DNA of 27,121 nucleotides from a virus (Duplodnaviria; Heunggongvirae; Uroviricota; Caudoviricetes): IMG/VR virus record IMGVR_UViG_3300029288_000124; one strand, 5' to 3'. Shown piece by piece: positions 15,852 to 23,831 of this stretch (position 1 is its first letter; each line of letters starts with the position of its first letter). The notes under the pieces were generated by a model. It saw only the letters and a program-made list of their open reading frames with translations, ran no database searches and was not told where the DNA came from. The position numbers and the translations under genes were made by a program.

Positions 15852-16006
15852 TTACTGTCACCTCTCCTGAATCTCAAATGGTTACCTGTTGCTGTAGGCA
15901 TCTCCATCTCTCTCGGGTCAACTTCTCTGCACCTGTTTTGAGGTACGGTCATTATACCCGGAAATTCATCTTCGACTCTTTTTCTTTTCTGCTGCATTTT
16001 TATCAT
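15848..16006 (-). CDS. 52-aa hypothetical protein; not in track
   Basis: MIKMQQKRKRVEDEFPGIMTVPQNRCREVDPREMEMPTATGNHLRFRRGDSK; ATGA overlap with the next gene. Confidence 0.55.
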   Translation of the reverse strand: MIKMQQKRKRVEDEFPGIMTVPQNRCREVDPREMEMPTATGNHLRFRRGDSK

Positions 16007-16013
16007 CTTCTGG

Positions 16014-16310
16014 TTATTTTTCCATCCTCACATAAAGACCGTATTTTTCAATTTTATCTGATTTAAGATCCTCCGGGTTGCGGTAGAACCTGATATTCGA
16101 CGTTATATACTTTAGGTAAGGAAACGCATATTGCATTGAGTCCCCAAGAGTACTTACTGCACTGGGCGTGTCTCTCCATAATATCAAATAATAAATGTGT
16201 TTGTGGTATTTTGCTGTGAGAGATTGTTTTCGGGCGTAATATTTTAATCCACCTTTATATTCGTGTGCTTCCTTGAGAGGTGTAATCCCAACTGGAAATT
16301 TGGGGGGCAT
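16014..16310 (-). CDS. Hypothetical basic protein
   Basis: TAATG-coupled ORF. Confidence 0.7.
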   Translation of the reverse strand: MPPKFPVGITPLKEAHEYKGGLKYYARKQSLTAKYHKHIYYLILWRDTPSAVSTLGDSMQYAFPYLKYITSNIRFYRNPEDLKSDKIEKYGLYVRMEK

Positions 16311-16618
16311 TATTTCCTCTTACTTGAGGTCTTTTTCTTTGGTTTATACTCACCACGAGAGGCTTTAATACCCCTAATTGCGAATCTTACCTGTCTCTGG
16401 AGTTTGGGTGTGATTAAAATTTCCCTTATTCCATGCGCAAGGGGGTTCTTAATTGTGTGACCTACAATTGCTCCATCTATTTTCTCTAAAAACGTCATCA
16501 TGTCGCCCATATTATAATCTAATGGGACTTTCAGTACACGGTGTAGTTTTCCTTCTGTTCCTTTCTCTTCTATCTCTGCTGCTACTTTTTGTAGAAACAA
16601 GTTTTTCTTTGCTGGCAT
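16310..16618 (-). CDS. Basic protein of the GxxHRxLxVP type; paralog of 15516-15851
   Basis: EGKLHRVLKVP...TFLEKIDGAIVGHTIKNP...GEYK. Confidence 0.75.
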   Translation of the reverse strand: MPAKKNLFLQKVAAEIEEKGTEGKLHRVLKVPLDYNMGDMMTFLEKIDGAIVGHTIKNPLAHGIREILITPKLQRQVRFAIRGIKASRGEYKPKKKTSSKRK

Positions 16619-16631
16619 TTTATATTTCTCC

Positions 16632-16844
16632 TCACTGTTTTTTAACGACTTCTTTTAACGGTTTTTTCGCTACATATATAACGTATCGTTTTTGTTTAGA
16701 TTTGTCCCATAATTCTGGTTGTTCTGCATTATCCTCAAACAATACAGTCTTATAACCTAATTTTATGTATTTATCCATGATCTGTTTACGTTTCGTGTCG
16801 TTCGATGTTTGACCGACTTCCGTTACATGGGGGGTTTTTGCCAT
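16632..16844 (-). CDS. Hypothetical protein, SPOR-like family
   Basis: KRKQIMDKYIKLGYKTVL...YVIYVAK. Confidence 0.7.
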   Translation of the reverse strand: MAKTPHVTEVGQTSNDTKRKQIMDKYIKLGYKTVLFEDNAEQPELWDKSKQKRYVIYVAKKPLKEVVKKQ

Positions 16845-16859
16845 TGTTTTCCTCCTTTT

Positions 16860-16976
16860 TTACTTTGATATGTCATTAATATATCCACCAAAACTGATCT
16901 TCTTTCCTTTCTTGTGAATGATGGGTAATCCTGATCTTTTTGGTGTTCGGGATTTCCGATTGCTTTTTCTTGTCAT
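16860..16976 (-). CDS. 38-aa Arg/Lys-rich micro-protein; not in track
   Basis: MTRKSNRKSRTPKRSGLPIIHKKGKKISFGGYINDISK; GGAGG SD. Confidence 0.55.
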   Translation of the reverse strand: MTRKSNRKSRTPKRSGLPIIHKKGKKISFGGYINDISK

Positions 16977-16994
16977 AATTGTTTTTTTCCTCCT

Positions 16995-17177
16995 TTACTT
17001 CACAATTTGCGATACATGCACAGTACTTCCGGGATTAGCGTTTTCAACACGTCCAACAGCATAGTTTAATCCCATTTTCATTCCCGTGTATATATATGCA
17101 TTATTTCCGGCTTTGATCAGCCATGCAAATGTCGGTATTTCCTTTAACGATCCACTCGGTAACTCTGAAATTGCCAT
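16995..17177 (-). CDS. Hypothetical protein (60 aa)
   Basis: TAATCATG coupling, GGAG SD. Confidence 0.65.
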   Translation of the reverse strand: MAISELPSGSLKEIPTFAWLIKAGNNAYIYTGMKMGLNYAVGRVENANPGSTVHVSQIVK

Positions 17178-17179
17178 GA

Positions 17180-17404
17180 TTATTTCTCCTGTTTCTTATC
17201 TGTGTATATTGCCCACATTTCTGTTCTGATTATTATGATTGGCAACCAAATTGAATCCCCCATTGCTGATACTTTGTTTTGAAGATTTTTTAAATATGTC
17301 TTATCTGCGTCTTCGCTTACTGTCCTGTAAAAATAATACAGTTTATTATCATTGGCCCGAAACGTTTTGGGAATTTCATCTTTTGATTTATATGTTTTTA
17401 CCAT
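17180..17404 (-). CDS. Hypothetical protein; paralog of 11365-11589
   Basis: MVKTYKSKDEIP...WAIYT. Confidence 0.7.
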   Translation of the reverse strand: MVKTYKSKDEIPKTFRANDNKLYYFYRTVSEDADKTYLKNLQNKVSAMGDSIWLPIIIIRTEMWAIYTDKKQEK

Positions 17405-17406
17405 GA

Positions 17407-17724
17407 TTACTTTTTACCTCCTTTTTTAACATTCAGTATATCAAGAGCGTAGACTCCCCAATACTCTTTTATCTTTTTAATAAATGCCTGTTCTTTATCA
17501 CCATATTTTTTATCGGCAATGAGGTATTTGTTGATATTGTCTGCTGATTCTTGAATCGCATTCACATGGTTTTCGGCGTTCTTTTTATTTTTATGAACGC
17601 AAACTAACACGTAGAACTTGTTACCTTTTTTAAGAAAATGTAATTTTTCGTCTTTTCGTATCCAATCCTCTTTAACTGCATCTTTAAAATGATCGATTTT
17701 AGAATATTTCCCTTTTAGTTCCAT
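17407..17724 (-). CDS. Hypothetical protein, SPOR-like family
   Basis: FYVLVCVHKNKKNAENHVNAI...YWGVYA. Confidence 0.7.
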   Translation of the reverse strand: MELKGKYSKIDHFKDAVKEDWIRKDEKLHFLKKGNKFYVLVCVHKNKKNAENHVNAIQESADNINKYLIADKKYGDKEQAFIKKIKEYWGVYALDILNVKKGGKK

Positions 17725-17726
17725 AA

Positions 17727-17981
17727 TTACTTTTTACCCCCTTTTTCTTTGTACATAACGACATAACTTACTCCACCATCATCCATGTGGCGGATCGGAA
17801 CTACTTGCGCAAGATTACCTTTTGTATGTAGTTTTTTTACGGTTTGTTCCGCTTCTGATTTATTAGATCCAAAGGTAATGTGCCCCATACCCGGATCGTA
17901 TTCTTTATACCCTTTATCTGAAAGGCGCGATCTCATCGATCTCGGTGGTGCTCTTTCGTACGATTGTGGTCTTTTTGACAT
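17727..17981 (-). CDS. Hypothetical protein, SPOR-like family
   Basis: SNKSEAEQTVKKLHTKGNLAQVVP...YVVMYK. Confidence 0.75.
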   Translation of the reverse strand: MSKRPQSYERAPPRSMRSRLSDKGYKEYDPGMGHITFGSNKSEAEQTVKKLHTKGNLAQVVPIRHMDDGGVSYVVMYKEKGGKK

Positions 17982-17984
17982 TTT

Positions 17985-18275
17985 TTATACGCTCCTTTTT
18001 GTAGATAAAAATTCCCCATTATATTTTCTTTTTGCTAATAACCCATATACTTTCTCGTTTGGCTGGTTTTGTAATGTAATAGTCCAACCATCAACCCTCA
18101 TCAAGGTTACAAACTCATTACGAATCTGTCTTGCAACCTGACCGTTTTTTATATTAATCCATTCGGCGTTAATCCACTTATTATCTCGCTTTAAATGTTC
18201 TGGAATCCCGGATTTGAGTAGCTTCCCCCCAGAAGATTCAATTTTGAGTTTCCAATATGCGGCAGTATTTACCAT
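17985..18275 (-). CDS. Hypothetical protein
   Basis: GGAGGAG SD. Confidence 0.7.
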   Translation of the reverse strand: MVNTAAYWKLKIESSGGKLLKSGIPEHLKRDNKWINAEWINIKNGQVARQIRNEFVTLMRVDGWTITLQNQPNEKVYGLLAKRKYNGEFLSTKRSV

Positions 18276-18284
18276 TTCTCCTCC

Positions 18285-18512
18285 TCATTTAATTTCCATT
18301 ATCAGTTTTTTCCCGATCTCTTTATCGTTTGCATTAAATTCTCGTCTATATATTTTACTTTCATACCCTTTCTCATTAAGGAATTCTTTTGCTATGTTTA
18401 TGGCATCCATTAATTTTTTATAATACCCCCCATTCTTTGGAACACCATATGGTGAATGCGCTTCCCGAAAATACTTGTAAGCGCGTGGTACGTTCTTGAA
18501 GTTATCTGGCAC
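18285..18512 (-). CDS. Hypothetical protein, SPOR-like family (GTG start)
   Basis: YKKLMDAINIAKEFLNEKGYESKI; GAGAGG SD. Confidence 0.7.
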   Translation of the reverse strand: MPDNFKNVPRAYKYFREAHSPYGVPKNGGYYKKLMDAINIAKEFLNEKGYESKIYRREFNANDKEIGKKLIMEIK

Positions 18513-18586
18513 TTTGACCTCTCACTATCCCATAATTGTAGTATTCGTATCAACAATATATCTCTTTGCACGGTGTACCATGTTAA

Positions 18587-18769
18587 TTACCTCGTTTTTA
18601 GTTTCGAGTTCTTATTCCGTTCGGCAATAATTTCAGTATCTATTTGTTCTCGCGCTTTGTTGTTAGACTCGATTTGTTTTCCTATACGTTCTTTCTGTTT
18701 AGTTAACGCAAATGCTTTTAGGACTATTTGTTTCCTTTTTTCGTATAATCCTTCAAGTCTAGTTCCCAT
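18587..18769 (-). CDS. Small coiled-coil protein
   Basis: Heptad pattern; GAAGGTGA SD. Confidence 0.65.
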   Translation of the reverse strand: MGTRLEGLYEKRKQIVLKAFALTKQKERIGKQIESNNKAREQIDTEIIAERNKNSKLKTR

Positions 18770-19021
18770 TCACCTTCTCCTATACAGCGGTTGTTGGGCT
18801 TTACCCTTCTCGTCATAGAAATCGCTGTGCAATAAAAACTCGTGTGTGCTGTGCCCATTTTTAATTAAGTTTTTATATTCTTTTGGCTTCAGTGAGTACG
18901 TCACTAAATAGAGTAAACAGTTTGAACAAACGTGATATGGGTTGTCTTTGTGTTTTCCCGGTCTAAGTGTATCGTTTAAAGACCACTGCTCATGTGTTGT
19001 TCCACAACTTTGACATCGCAT
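18770..19021 (-). CDS. Zn-finger protein with LHxDFYDExGxAxQP tail
   Basis: CQSC...CSNC plus a C-terminal motif recalled from conserved hypothetical proteins. Confidence 0.75.
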   Translation of the reverse strand: MRCQSCGTTHEQWSLNDTLRPGKHKDNPYHVCSNCLLYLVTYSLKPKEYKNLIKNGHSTHEFLLHSDFYDEKGKAQQPLYRRR

Positions 19022-19022
19022 G

Positions 19023-19196
19023 CTATTTCCACCTCACTGTATATCCATTTGTTGTCGCATATCTAAACCGTTTTTTTAGTTCCTTGGATACAAGTGATCT
19101 ATATAATTTGTCATCGCCTTTTGCAATATCCGATGCGGCATCTATGTTGTCTAATATCTTGAACAGGTATTCTGCAATTTTTTTATACTCAGTCAC
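19023..19196 (-). CDS. 57-aa hypothetical protein (GTG start); not in track
   Basis: MTEYKKIAEYLFKILDNIDAASDIAKGDDKLYRSLVSKELKKRFRYATTNGYTVRWK; GGTGA SD. Confidence 0.7.
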   Translation of the reverse strand: MTEYKKIAEYLFKILDNIDAASDIAKGDDKLYRSLVSKELKKRFRYATTNGYTVRWK

Positions 19197-19200
19197 ACTA

Positions 19201-19461
19201 TCACCTTTTTAGTAATCGCGCTGCAAATCCTGTACTTAACCCAATCAACTTGTCAGTGAGACCGAAATAATAGAAGTCCCCAAATGACGCGATCTGGACT
19301 CGTTTATATCCTTTTTTAGCTGCCAGCGGGGCTATCTGTTTCGCATAGCCTTTCATAGTCTCTTTTAATGTTTTCGGTGCAAATCTGTTGTTCCAGTCTG
19401 TCAGATAATCAATCTGAATACCATCAATTACTTCTGAATTCGCTACTTCGATCTTTGTCAT
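19201..19461 (-). CDS. Hypothetical protein
   Basis: ATGA-coupled ORF. Confidence 0.7.
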   Translation of the reverse strand: MTKIEVANSEVIDGIQIDYLTDWNNRFAPKTLKETMKGYAKQIAPLAAKKGYKRVQIASFGDFYYFGLTDKLIGLSTGFAARLLKR

Positions 19462-19688
19462 ATCTTTTTCACTCCCGTGCGCTTGTGCGCGTGTGGTTCT
19501 TTAGAATAGGCTCCCCATACCGTCACTCCGTTAACTTTTTGTTTATATACTTTAATTTCACTTCGGTGACCTTCAGATAACGCTTTTTTCTTGATTGTTT
19601 CTGCACCTACTTCTGTTTTTGCAGAGCCTATCAAATACCACTTCTCGTTAAAAATTGTTAATATGTGGTTAATTCTCTGATGTGTCAT
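19458..19688 (-). CDS. Hypothetical protein, SPOR-like family
   Basis: WYLIGSAKTEVGAETIKKKALSEGHRSEI...WGAY. Confidence 0.7.
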   Translation of the reverse strand: MTHQRINHILTIFNEKWYLIGSAKTEVGAETIKKKALSEGHRSEIKVYKQKVNGVTVWGAYSKEPHAHKRTGVKKI

Positions 19689-19924
19689 GAGCTCTTAAAT
19701 GCGTTCCCGATTGCACTTGCCACTCCCAATCCAATTACGGTTGGAATCAATACTCCACCGACCATTGATGATGTCGTTTTTGCTACATCTCCGAGCGGTG
19801 ATTGTTCTTTTGGTGCATCCCTATACACCGTACGTGTGCGGTACACTACTTTGGTTTTGGTTGCTTTCGGTCGTGCTGTCTTCTTCGTTGCTTTCTTTGA
19901 TTTCGGTTGTTTCTTTGCTGTCAT
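19685..19924 (-). CDS. Lys-rich protein with C-terminal hydrophobic tail
   Basis: Histone-H1-like KKxxKK N-terminus; tail MVGGVLIPTVIGLGVASAIGNAF. Confidence 0.75.
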   Translation of the reverse strand: MTAKKQPKSKKATKKTARPKATKTKVVYRTRTVYRDAPKEQSPLGDVAKTTSSMVGGVLIPTVIGLGVASAIGNAFKSS

Positions 19925-19935
19925 TTTATTTTACC

Positions 19936-20262
19936 TCACTGTATTTTCTTTTTTACTGGATAAGTCTTCCCACTCTTTTTTATAATCTCTTCAGCATATC
20001 GGATCGCATTATCTAATTTGCCATAATCTCCAAGTTCTTTAAATCCCTCATTCATAAACAAGCTTCCCCAATTTTTGTAGAGGATTTTCGTTATGTGATA
20101 ACGGTTGTTTAATTTAAATATAACAATATTATATATGTTCGGTTTCTTTAAATCGTTCTCGAAACCAGACGGAAGTGTTGGGTTAATTAACCTATAATAG
20201 ATCGTGAATCCCCGATATCCCGATGATCCTCTTATCCAACTATCATATTTTGTTGCTACCAT
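19936..20262 (-). CDS. Hypothetical protein
   Basis: GGTGA SD; YGKLDNAIRYAEE motif. Confidence 0.7.
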   Translation of the reverse strand: MVATKYDSWIRGSSGYRGFTIYYRLINPTLPSGFENDLKKPNIYNIVIFKLNNRYHITKILYKNWGSLFMNEGFKELGDYGKLDNAIRYAEEIIKKSGKTYPVKKKIQ

Positions 20263-20268
20263 ACTATT

Positions 20269-20625
20269 TCACCTATATAACACTGATTCTAATATAAATA
20301 TCATATATGCTGGTTTCTCAACCCATACCCCGTTTTTGTTTAAGATATGTGCATCATTAAGGAACCTTATCCGCACACTTTTGGGTATTCCTATACGCGC
20401 ACGATACTCTTTTGCATATATATTTGCAACCTCTTTTGTCGTTGCAGCTCCACCTGCCGGGTGATACCATTCGTTTCCGATAACTGTATCATCGGATGAC
20501 GCTGTAGGATAGAACCCGACAGTCCCAAGTTTCTTCATGCACTCTTTCTGGAGATCCATGAAATTTATTTTCTTTGGTTTTACTTTTGGTTTCTTTGGTT
20601 TTGGTGATAGTCCTATATAATACAT
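20269..20625 (-). CDS. Hypothetical basic protein
   Basis: GGAGGG SD; TTKEVANIYAKEYR motif. Confidence 0.7.
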   Translation of the reverse strand: MYYIGLSPKPKKPKVKPKKINFMDLQKECMKKLGTVGFYPTASSDDTVIGNEWYHPAGGAATTKEVANIYAKEYRARIGIPKSVRIRFLNDAHILNKNGVWVEKPAYMIFILESVLYR

Positions 20626-20654
20626 TTATTCCCTCCTTTTATTGACATTTTAGT

Positions 20655-20924
20655 TCATTTAAACATATCCCTATACGTAGGATCACGACTACTATCATGT
20701 GTTACATTAGTGCGTGTTACTACTGACCACTGATTATCGCATCGCGGGTTCGGACATTTGTGCCGAACAGTTAATGAATGTCCATCACTACTGCGAGTTA
20801 TATCAATAAATTCCATCTTTCTGTGACACTTTGAACATAGGGGTGGTTTATCTGCACTAGGTTTCTTAATGTTTTTCTTTACTGGCTTTTTCATTGTAAC
20901 CACGTTATTTACTCCGATCTCCAT
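20655..20924 (-). CDS. Zn-ribbon protein
   Basis: CSKC...CPNPRC. Confidence 0.7.
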   Translation of the reverse strand: MEIGVNNVVTMKKPVKKNIKKPSADKPPLCSKCHRKMEFIDITRSSDGHSLTVRHKCPNPRCDNQWSVVTRTNVTHDSSRDPTYRDMFK

Positions 20925-20957
20925 TCCACGGATATTTTTGTGTCATATTAGTTTACC

Positions 20958-21245
20958 TCACTTTATCCTAATATACCCGCAATATTCACATCGCTCTACT
21001 GTTTTTAGTGCCCCTCGTTTGCCACCCTGTTTACCAACCTCTTTCATTGCAATGTTTTTGCACATCGGGCATTTTTTATATTTAATTGGAACTTCTGTTC
21101 TTTTAATATGGGGTTCTTTTTCCACGAGGTCTGGTCTCCCCAATATTTTTGCAAGAACGTTTCCATTTATCCTCCGTTCTCTGTCTTCCGGAGATTCTTT
21201 CTGGGTAACATACCTTTGGGTTTCTTTTCGGTTCATTTGCGTCAC
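20958..21245 (-). CDS. Protein with C-terminal Zn ribbon
   Basis: CPMC...CEYCG. Confidence 0.75.
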   Translation of the reverse strand: MTQMNRKETQRYVTQKESPEDRERRINGNVLAKILGRPDLVEKEPHIKRTEVPIKYKKCPMCKNIAMKEVGKQGGKRGALKTVERCEYCGYIRIK

Positions 21246-21505
21246 CTTTGTTTGTTATCACGTTTCTTTGGGACACCATTAACAAGTTCCCAAGATTCCA
21301 CGTCTGCATATGCACCACGGGTTGGCATACCGCTTGAATATAATTTTTCGTTAAATTTCCCAATATGCACTACTCTCTTCTCCCCAGATATAAGTAGCGA
21401 TTTTACTCTTAATATTGCTGATTCTTTTGTTGGGTAATATTGATCTTCTCCACGCGTCTGGCCGCGAATGCACCACTTTTTTATACTTCTCGGAACAATT
21501 ATCAT
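21242..21505 (-). CDS. Hypothetical protein
   Basis: GAGG SD; YYPTKESAILRV motif. Confidence 0.7.
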   Translation of the reverse strand: MIIVPRSIKKWCIRGQTRGEDQYYPTKESAILRVKSLLISGEKRVVHIGKFNEKLYSSGMPTRGAYADVESWELVNGVPKKRDNKQR

Positions 21506-21512
21506 TTTAACC

Positions 21513-21761
21513 TCAGTTCTGTTTTAATCCAACCCATCGGCGTTTGTTTGTGTCGAACTTGTACATTGCCATTAAGATGTTCTTACCTTTAATAGCGGCC
21601 TTGCGTTTATTGAAATAATTGTTGGCCTCTTTTAGTGTCTTTTTTCCCATTACTAGTTTACCATCTTCTTTTATAACGTATTTAAATACGGGAAGATCGT
21701 CTCTGCTTTTCAGATCTCCCTTCCGTTTTTTAACATCAGATATGTTTTCTTTTCTTGTCAT
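21513..21761 (-). CDS. Hypothetical basic protein
   Basis: KKTLKEANNYF motif. Confidence 0.7.
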   Translation of the reverse strand: MTRKENISDVKKRKGDLKSRDDLPVFKYVIKEDGKLVMGKKTLKEANNYFNKRKAAIKGKNILMAMYKFDTNKRRWVGLKQN

Positions 21762-21767
21762 TTTTAT

Positions 21768-22136
21768 TCACAACCTTATTAGTTTTTCTCCAGTCCACGG
21801 TTCTACTTTACCTGTTTTGGTGTTATGGAAATACCACATGCCTTTTGTCTGCGAAATGCCGCCATATTTGTGACTGAGAACTTGGTTTATACGGTCTTTT
21901 GTTGTAGTTGACTTATACCCGGCATCCATCACATATATGGTTTTCTTGTTAAGATCCAGTGTTGCGATTAGGTTATTCCAAAGGTGGTAATTTACCACTC
22001 CGCGTGGCCCGTGTGTGAGAACATCTCTTGCTGTCTGGTTCTTTCCCCCATAATAATCGGTTTTTCCACCACTGGCTTTCATCATTACTTTTGATTTCGA
22101 GAATGATATCATATCTGTTAACGTAAATCCTGCCAT
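21768..22136 (-). CDS. Phage-type hypothetical protein (YHLWNNLIA...DAGYKSTTTKDRINQVL family)
   Basis: Motif recalled from a widespread viral family (YLHGNxIA...GGWxSxTTKSRLNA). Confidence 0.7.
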   Translation of the reverse strand: MAGFTLTDMISFSKSKVMMKASGGKTDYYGGKNQTARDVLTHGPRGVVNYHLWNNLIATLDLNKKTIYVMDAGYKSTTTKDRINQVLSHKYGGISQTKGMWYFHNTKTGKVEPWTGEKLIRL

Positions 22137-22152
22137 TTATTTTCCTCCTTTA

Positions 22153-22452
22153 TCAATTTTTCATAACCTTTGCTACATATCCAGATGACGTTTCTTTAAC
22201 TTCTCCTAGAGAATATCCTCTACCTCGCAGAAATGCACGATAGGTTGGGATTGCTTCCTTATTAAACACGGCTAATTGTTTATTCTTTATCATTGTCTGC
22301 GTGTTTTCATCCATCGCCCTGTACAATCCGATCAAATATTTCCTTGTTAAGTTTTTACCTCCTTTTATTATAGCATATTCAATAAAATCTTCAGAAAACT
22401 CCGAATACTCGTGTTTTAACTTTTTTATATCCGAATCTTTTGTTACTGACAT
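22153..22452 (-). CDS. Hypothetical protein
   Basis: GGAGGGGG SD; C-terminus GEVKETSSGYVAKVMKN. Confidence 0.7.
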   Translation of the reverse strand: MSVTKDSDIKKLKHEYSEFSEDFIEYAIIKGGKNLTRKYLIGLYRAMDENTQTMIKNKQLAVFNKEAIPTYRAFLRGRGYSLGEVKETSSGYVAKVMKN

Positions 22453-22464
22453 ATCCCCCCTCCT

Positions 22465-22701
22465 TTATTTGAACTTATATCTCCCAAACGTCACATCTTC
22501 GTGTACCTTTTCGAGATTTTTCTTTAATTTGGTAAGTTGGTTAATGTCTGATGCCCTAATATCGTATTTTCCAAGCATATATCTGTCAATGTTTTCAAGA
22601 TATTTTAATTGTAACTGGATGTTTTCCAGATGAGTTATTGCACCACCCGATAGATCATATGTCCTTTTTTGGGGTGATCCTTTTGTTAAATCGATCCTCA
22701 T
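22465..22701 (-). CDS. Hypothetical helical protein (likely start MRIDLTK)
   Basis: ATGA overlap with the upstream stop. Confidence 0.65.
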   Translation of the reverse strand: MRIDLTKGSPQKRTYDLSGGAITHLENIQLQLKYLENIDRYMLGKYDIRASDINQLTKLKKNLEKVHEDVTFGRYKFK

Positions 22702-22940
22702 GCTTTGTCCTTCAATGTTTTTGGTGCGGCTACCCAAACGATTATACCAGTTGCCGGGTCAAAATGATACCATGATTTCCGACCCTGACGGTTTGTTATA
22801 CGGATATAATTATCTACACCATCGTAGAACGCTTTTAGTTTTTTATCCTCAAAGAAATCCGTATTTCCTTTTTGGAAGAAATATTGGCCTGCTGCCTTAT
22901 TCGCACGCCTCATTCCCTGCAACGTCCATTGTCGTGACAT
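22698..22940 (-). CDS. Phage-type hypothetical protein (NxxxGxYFFxxxxxxFF)
   Basis: MRRANKAAGQYFFQKGNTDFF; GGAGG SD. Confidence 0.7.
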   Translation of the reverse strand: MSRQWTLQGMRRANKAAGQYFFQKGNTDFFEDKKLKAFYDGVDNYIRITNRQGRKSWYHFDPATGIIVWVAAPKTLKDKA

Positions 22941-22942
22941 TT

Positions 22943-23143
22943 TTACCTCCGTTTTGCTTTTGTATCCTCGTATTGCATGATCTCTGTTTCCAATTTTGCG
23001 TGTTTTGTGTAGAGGGCACTTAGTTTTGCATTAATATCATCAATTTTTATTTGATATCGTTTCTTCTCATTTAGTAATGGTACACTCTCTCGTTCCAACT
23101 CCACCATTTTCTTTTTTCGTATTGCAATATATTCATCTACCAT
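22943..23143 (-). CDS. Small coiled-coil protein
   Basis: Heptad pattern. Confidence 0.7.
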   Translation of the reverse strand: MVDEYIAIRKKKMVELERESVPLLNEKKRYQIKIDDINAKLSALYTKHAKLETEIMQYEDTKAKRR

Positions 23144-23442
23144 TATTTACCTCCTCGTCCCTCATATGATTTCTTATATAGGGGTAGAATATCTAGGTGA
23201 TTTTTTATTGTTTCTATATCAGACTCGTTTGCTTCAATAATAATTTCATTCGCATCAAGTTGATATTTTCCCGGTTTGACCCGCGATCCTATTTTCCACC
23301 CTTTTAACGAATTTGACCATTCAAGTATATTTCCGGGGAAATTAACAGTTATCCCTCTTTCTCCATATGAAGTTAATTTGCTAATTTTTGTGTTTGTAGT
23401 CGTTACCATTTTTGTTAATTTTGATGAAAGTTTGGTTGCCAT
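23143..23442 (-). CDS. Hypothetical protein
   Basis: Coupled ORF with SD. Confidence 0.7.
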   Translation of the reverse strand: MATKLSSKLTKMVTTTNTKISKLTSYGERGITVNFPGNILEWSNSLKGWKIGSRVKPGKYQLDANEIIIEANESDIETIKNHLDILPLYKKSYEGRGGK

Positions 23443-23444
23443 GA

Positions 23445-23831
23445 TTACTTCCCCTTTTTCTTGAGTTCTACAGTAACTATTCCTTTCCCATCCCCGCTGA
23501 CATCAATAAAGAGTCCGTGTTTCATTGGTTTCTTTGAGAGAAGTTTATTCTCATTTAAGAATTTATGCCATGTTGTAAGTGTACGGTGTACGGCACTTGG
23601 ATCTCCAATAAATACATGACCTGATTCTACAACAATACCCCCTTTCTTATTGATATCCCGACCCGCAAATATGCCTGATGTGGGTTTTACATTAATATTT
23701 ACTTCGTAAGTACCTGTTGGCATTGCCTTCAAAAATTTGGGTATTGTTTGAGATTTTGTTTTAAACATGATTTTATCTCCAACTAAAAACCCACCAATCT
23801 CAGTATTAAGTTCTTGTTTAAATGTTACCAT
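23445..23831 (-). CDS. Hypothetical protein (DUF4241-like motif, weak)
   Basis: VESGHVFIGDP...W..F...GDG. Confidence 0.65.
   Translation of the reverse strand: MVTFKQELNTEIGGFLVGDKIMFKTKSQTIPKFLKAMPTGTYEVNINVKPTSGIFAGRDINKKGGIVVESGHVFIGDPSAVHRTLTTWHKFLNENKLLSKKPMKHGLFIDVSGDGKGIVTVELKKKGK

Noticed and set aside
18443-18454. Perfect palindrome CACCATATGGTG
   Set aside because: Intragenic, single copy, no supporting context.
18525-18581. 18-aa ORF MVHRAKRYIVDTNTTIMG (also the 18-aa ORF at 5175-5231)
   Set aside because: Too short to support as a gene without conservation or translation data.
6928-21363. Minus-strand ORFs 6928-7242, 9963-10148 and 21103-21363
   Set aside because: They overlap better-supported, coupled genes in other frames and have no proper SD or junction.
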